The notes under the pieces were generated by a model. The model made no database searches. It saw only the letters and a list, made by a program, of their open reading frames with translations, and was not told the DNA's origin. Shown one piece after another: positions 6,389-6,627 of a DNA stretch of 6,627 nt. Every line of letters starts with the position of its first letter. Within the stretch, counting starts at the first letter, position 1. This DNA comes from a virus: positions 1-6,627 of IMG/VR virus record IMGVR_UViG_3300020030_000376; one strand, 5' to 3'. The position numbers and the translations under genes were made by a program.

Positions 6389-6450
6389 AGAGCGGTGTTC
6401 GCGCTCCCGCGCTCACGATTTCATAATTTCCTTTTATCTCTCAAGATGTG

Positions 6451-6458
6451 CAAAGATA
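6451..6458 (-). promoter_or_regulatory. Candidate Bacteroidetes-type -7 promoter box for the VP4-to-VP2 gene array
   Basis: The minus strand reads TATCTTTG, a perfect match to the Bacteroides -7 consensus TAnnTTTG, about 190 nt upstream of the VP4 ATG. There is no canonical -33 TTTG at 19-21 nt spacing; the nearest is 35 nt away. Confidence 0.3.
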
Positions 6459-6494
6459 AAGTGTAGGCTAAAATATCGTTTATCAACCTGCGCC

Positions 6495-6534
6495 AAACTA
6501 TGTTAAAGTCGCTACGCTTGGTTTAACATAGTTT
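6495..6534. repeat. 13-bp perfect inverted repeat with 14-nt spacer (second arm also at 16..28)
   Basis: aaactatgttaaa (6495..6507) and tttaacatagttt (6522..6534) are exact reverse complements. The spacer is gtcgctacgcttgg. It spans the arbitrary linearisation point of the circle. Confidence 0.9.
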
Positions 6535-6627
6535 ACCACAGAACGCCAAACGCTATTTTATCCTACGCATTGTTTTATTGCACGTCTCGAAAGAAAAAAG
6601 GAAAAATATGCTTTGATGTTTGCGATA
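6507..6627. repeat. Terminal direct repeat, copy 2 (identical to 1..121); circular-genome overlap
   Basis: Exact 121-nt duplicate of the window start. Consistent with a circular Microviridae genome assembled past its junction. Confidence 0.97.

Noticed and set aside
6263-6506. Small ORFs in the GC-rich island, e.g. a 34-codon plus-strand ORF from the ATG at 6362, and CRISPR-like or hammerhead-like motifs
   Set aside because: Only very short ORFs occur and they lack context. The repeated GCGCT-type motifs are irregular and not a repeat-spacer array. No CUGAUGA...GAAA hammerhead core is present in a foldable context.
6487-6514. Reading 6487..6514 as a canonical 28-bp dif site (11-6-11)
   Set aside because: With CCTGCGCCAAA as the XerC arm (7 of 11 matches), the XerD-arm position would be TAAAGTCGCTA, which does not match. 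The TATGTTAAA core is 6 nt too close to the TGCGC element. Only the looser dif-like hypothesis is kept as a finding.

Overview
The window is a complete circular genome of a small ssDNA phage of the family Microviridae, resembling Alpavirinae or Gokushovirinae. Bases 1..121 recur exactly at 6507..6627, so the unit length is 6506 nt and the repeat is most simply an assembly overlap of a circle. All credible genes lie on the minus strand in one tightly packed array: VP4 replication initiator (HUH endonuclease, 465 aa), then three small ORFs (59, 74 and 66 aa), VP1 major capsid (742 aa), a 105-aa ORF, and VP2 pilot/minor capsid (347 aa). The 59-aa ORF is below the ORF-track cutoff and was found by hand. 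After a 97-nt AT-rich gap comes an 88-aa ORF. A non-coding region of about 543 nt (6258..6506 plus 1..294) closes the circle. No start codon is preceded by a spaced Shine-Dalgarno sequence, the leaders are A-rich, and two TAnnTTTG-like boxes are present, which points to a Bacteroidetes host (inference). The points worth a second look are in the accessory and non-coding parts. (1) A 20-nt motif on the coding (viral) strand matches the phiX174 gpA origin/nick site at 16 of 20 positions and contains CTTG/ATA. (2) A small membrane or lipobox-like protein lies directly upstream of VP1 and is a candidate for the unknown lysis function. (3) A 13-bp inverted repeat has arms containing TATGTTAAA, the core of the XerD arm of E. 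coli dif. (4) Perfect triloop hairpins cluster in and next to a GC-rich island in the non-coding region. (5) VP1 carries an insertion of about 224 aa. (6) All 11 nested same-strand ORFs fall in the +1 frame. No RNA genes, CRISPR arrays, transposases or integrases were seen.
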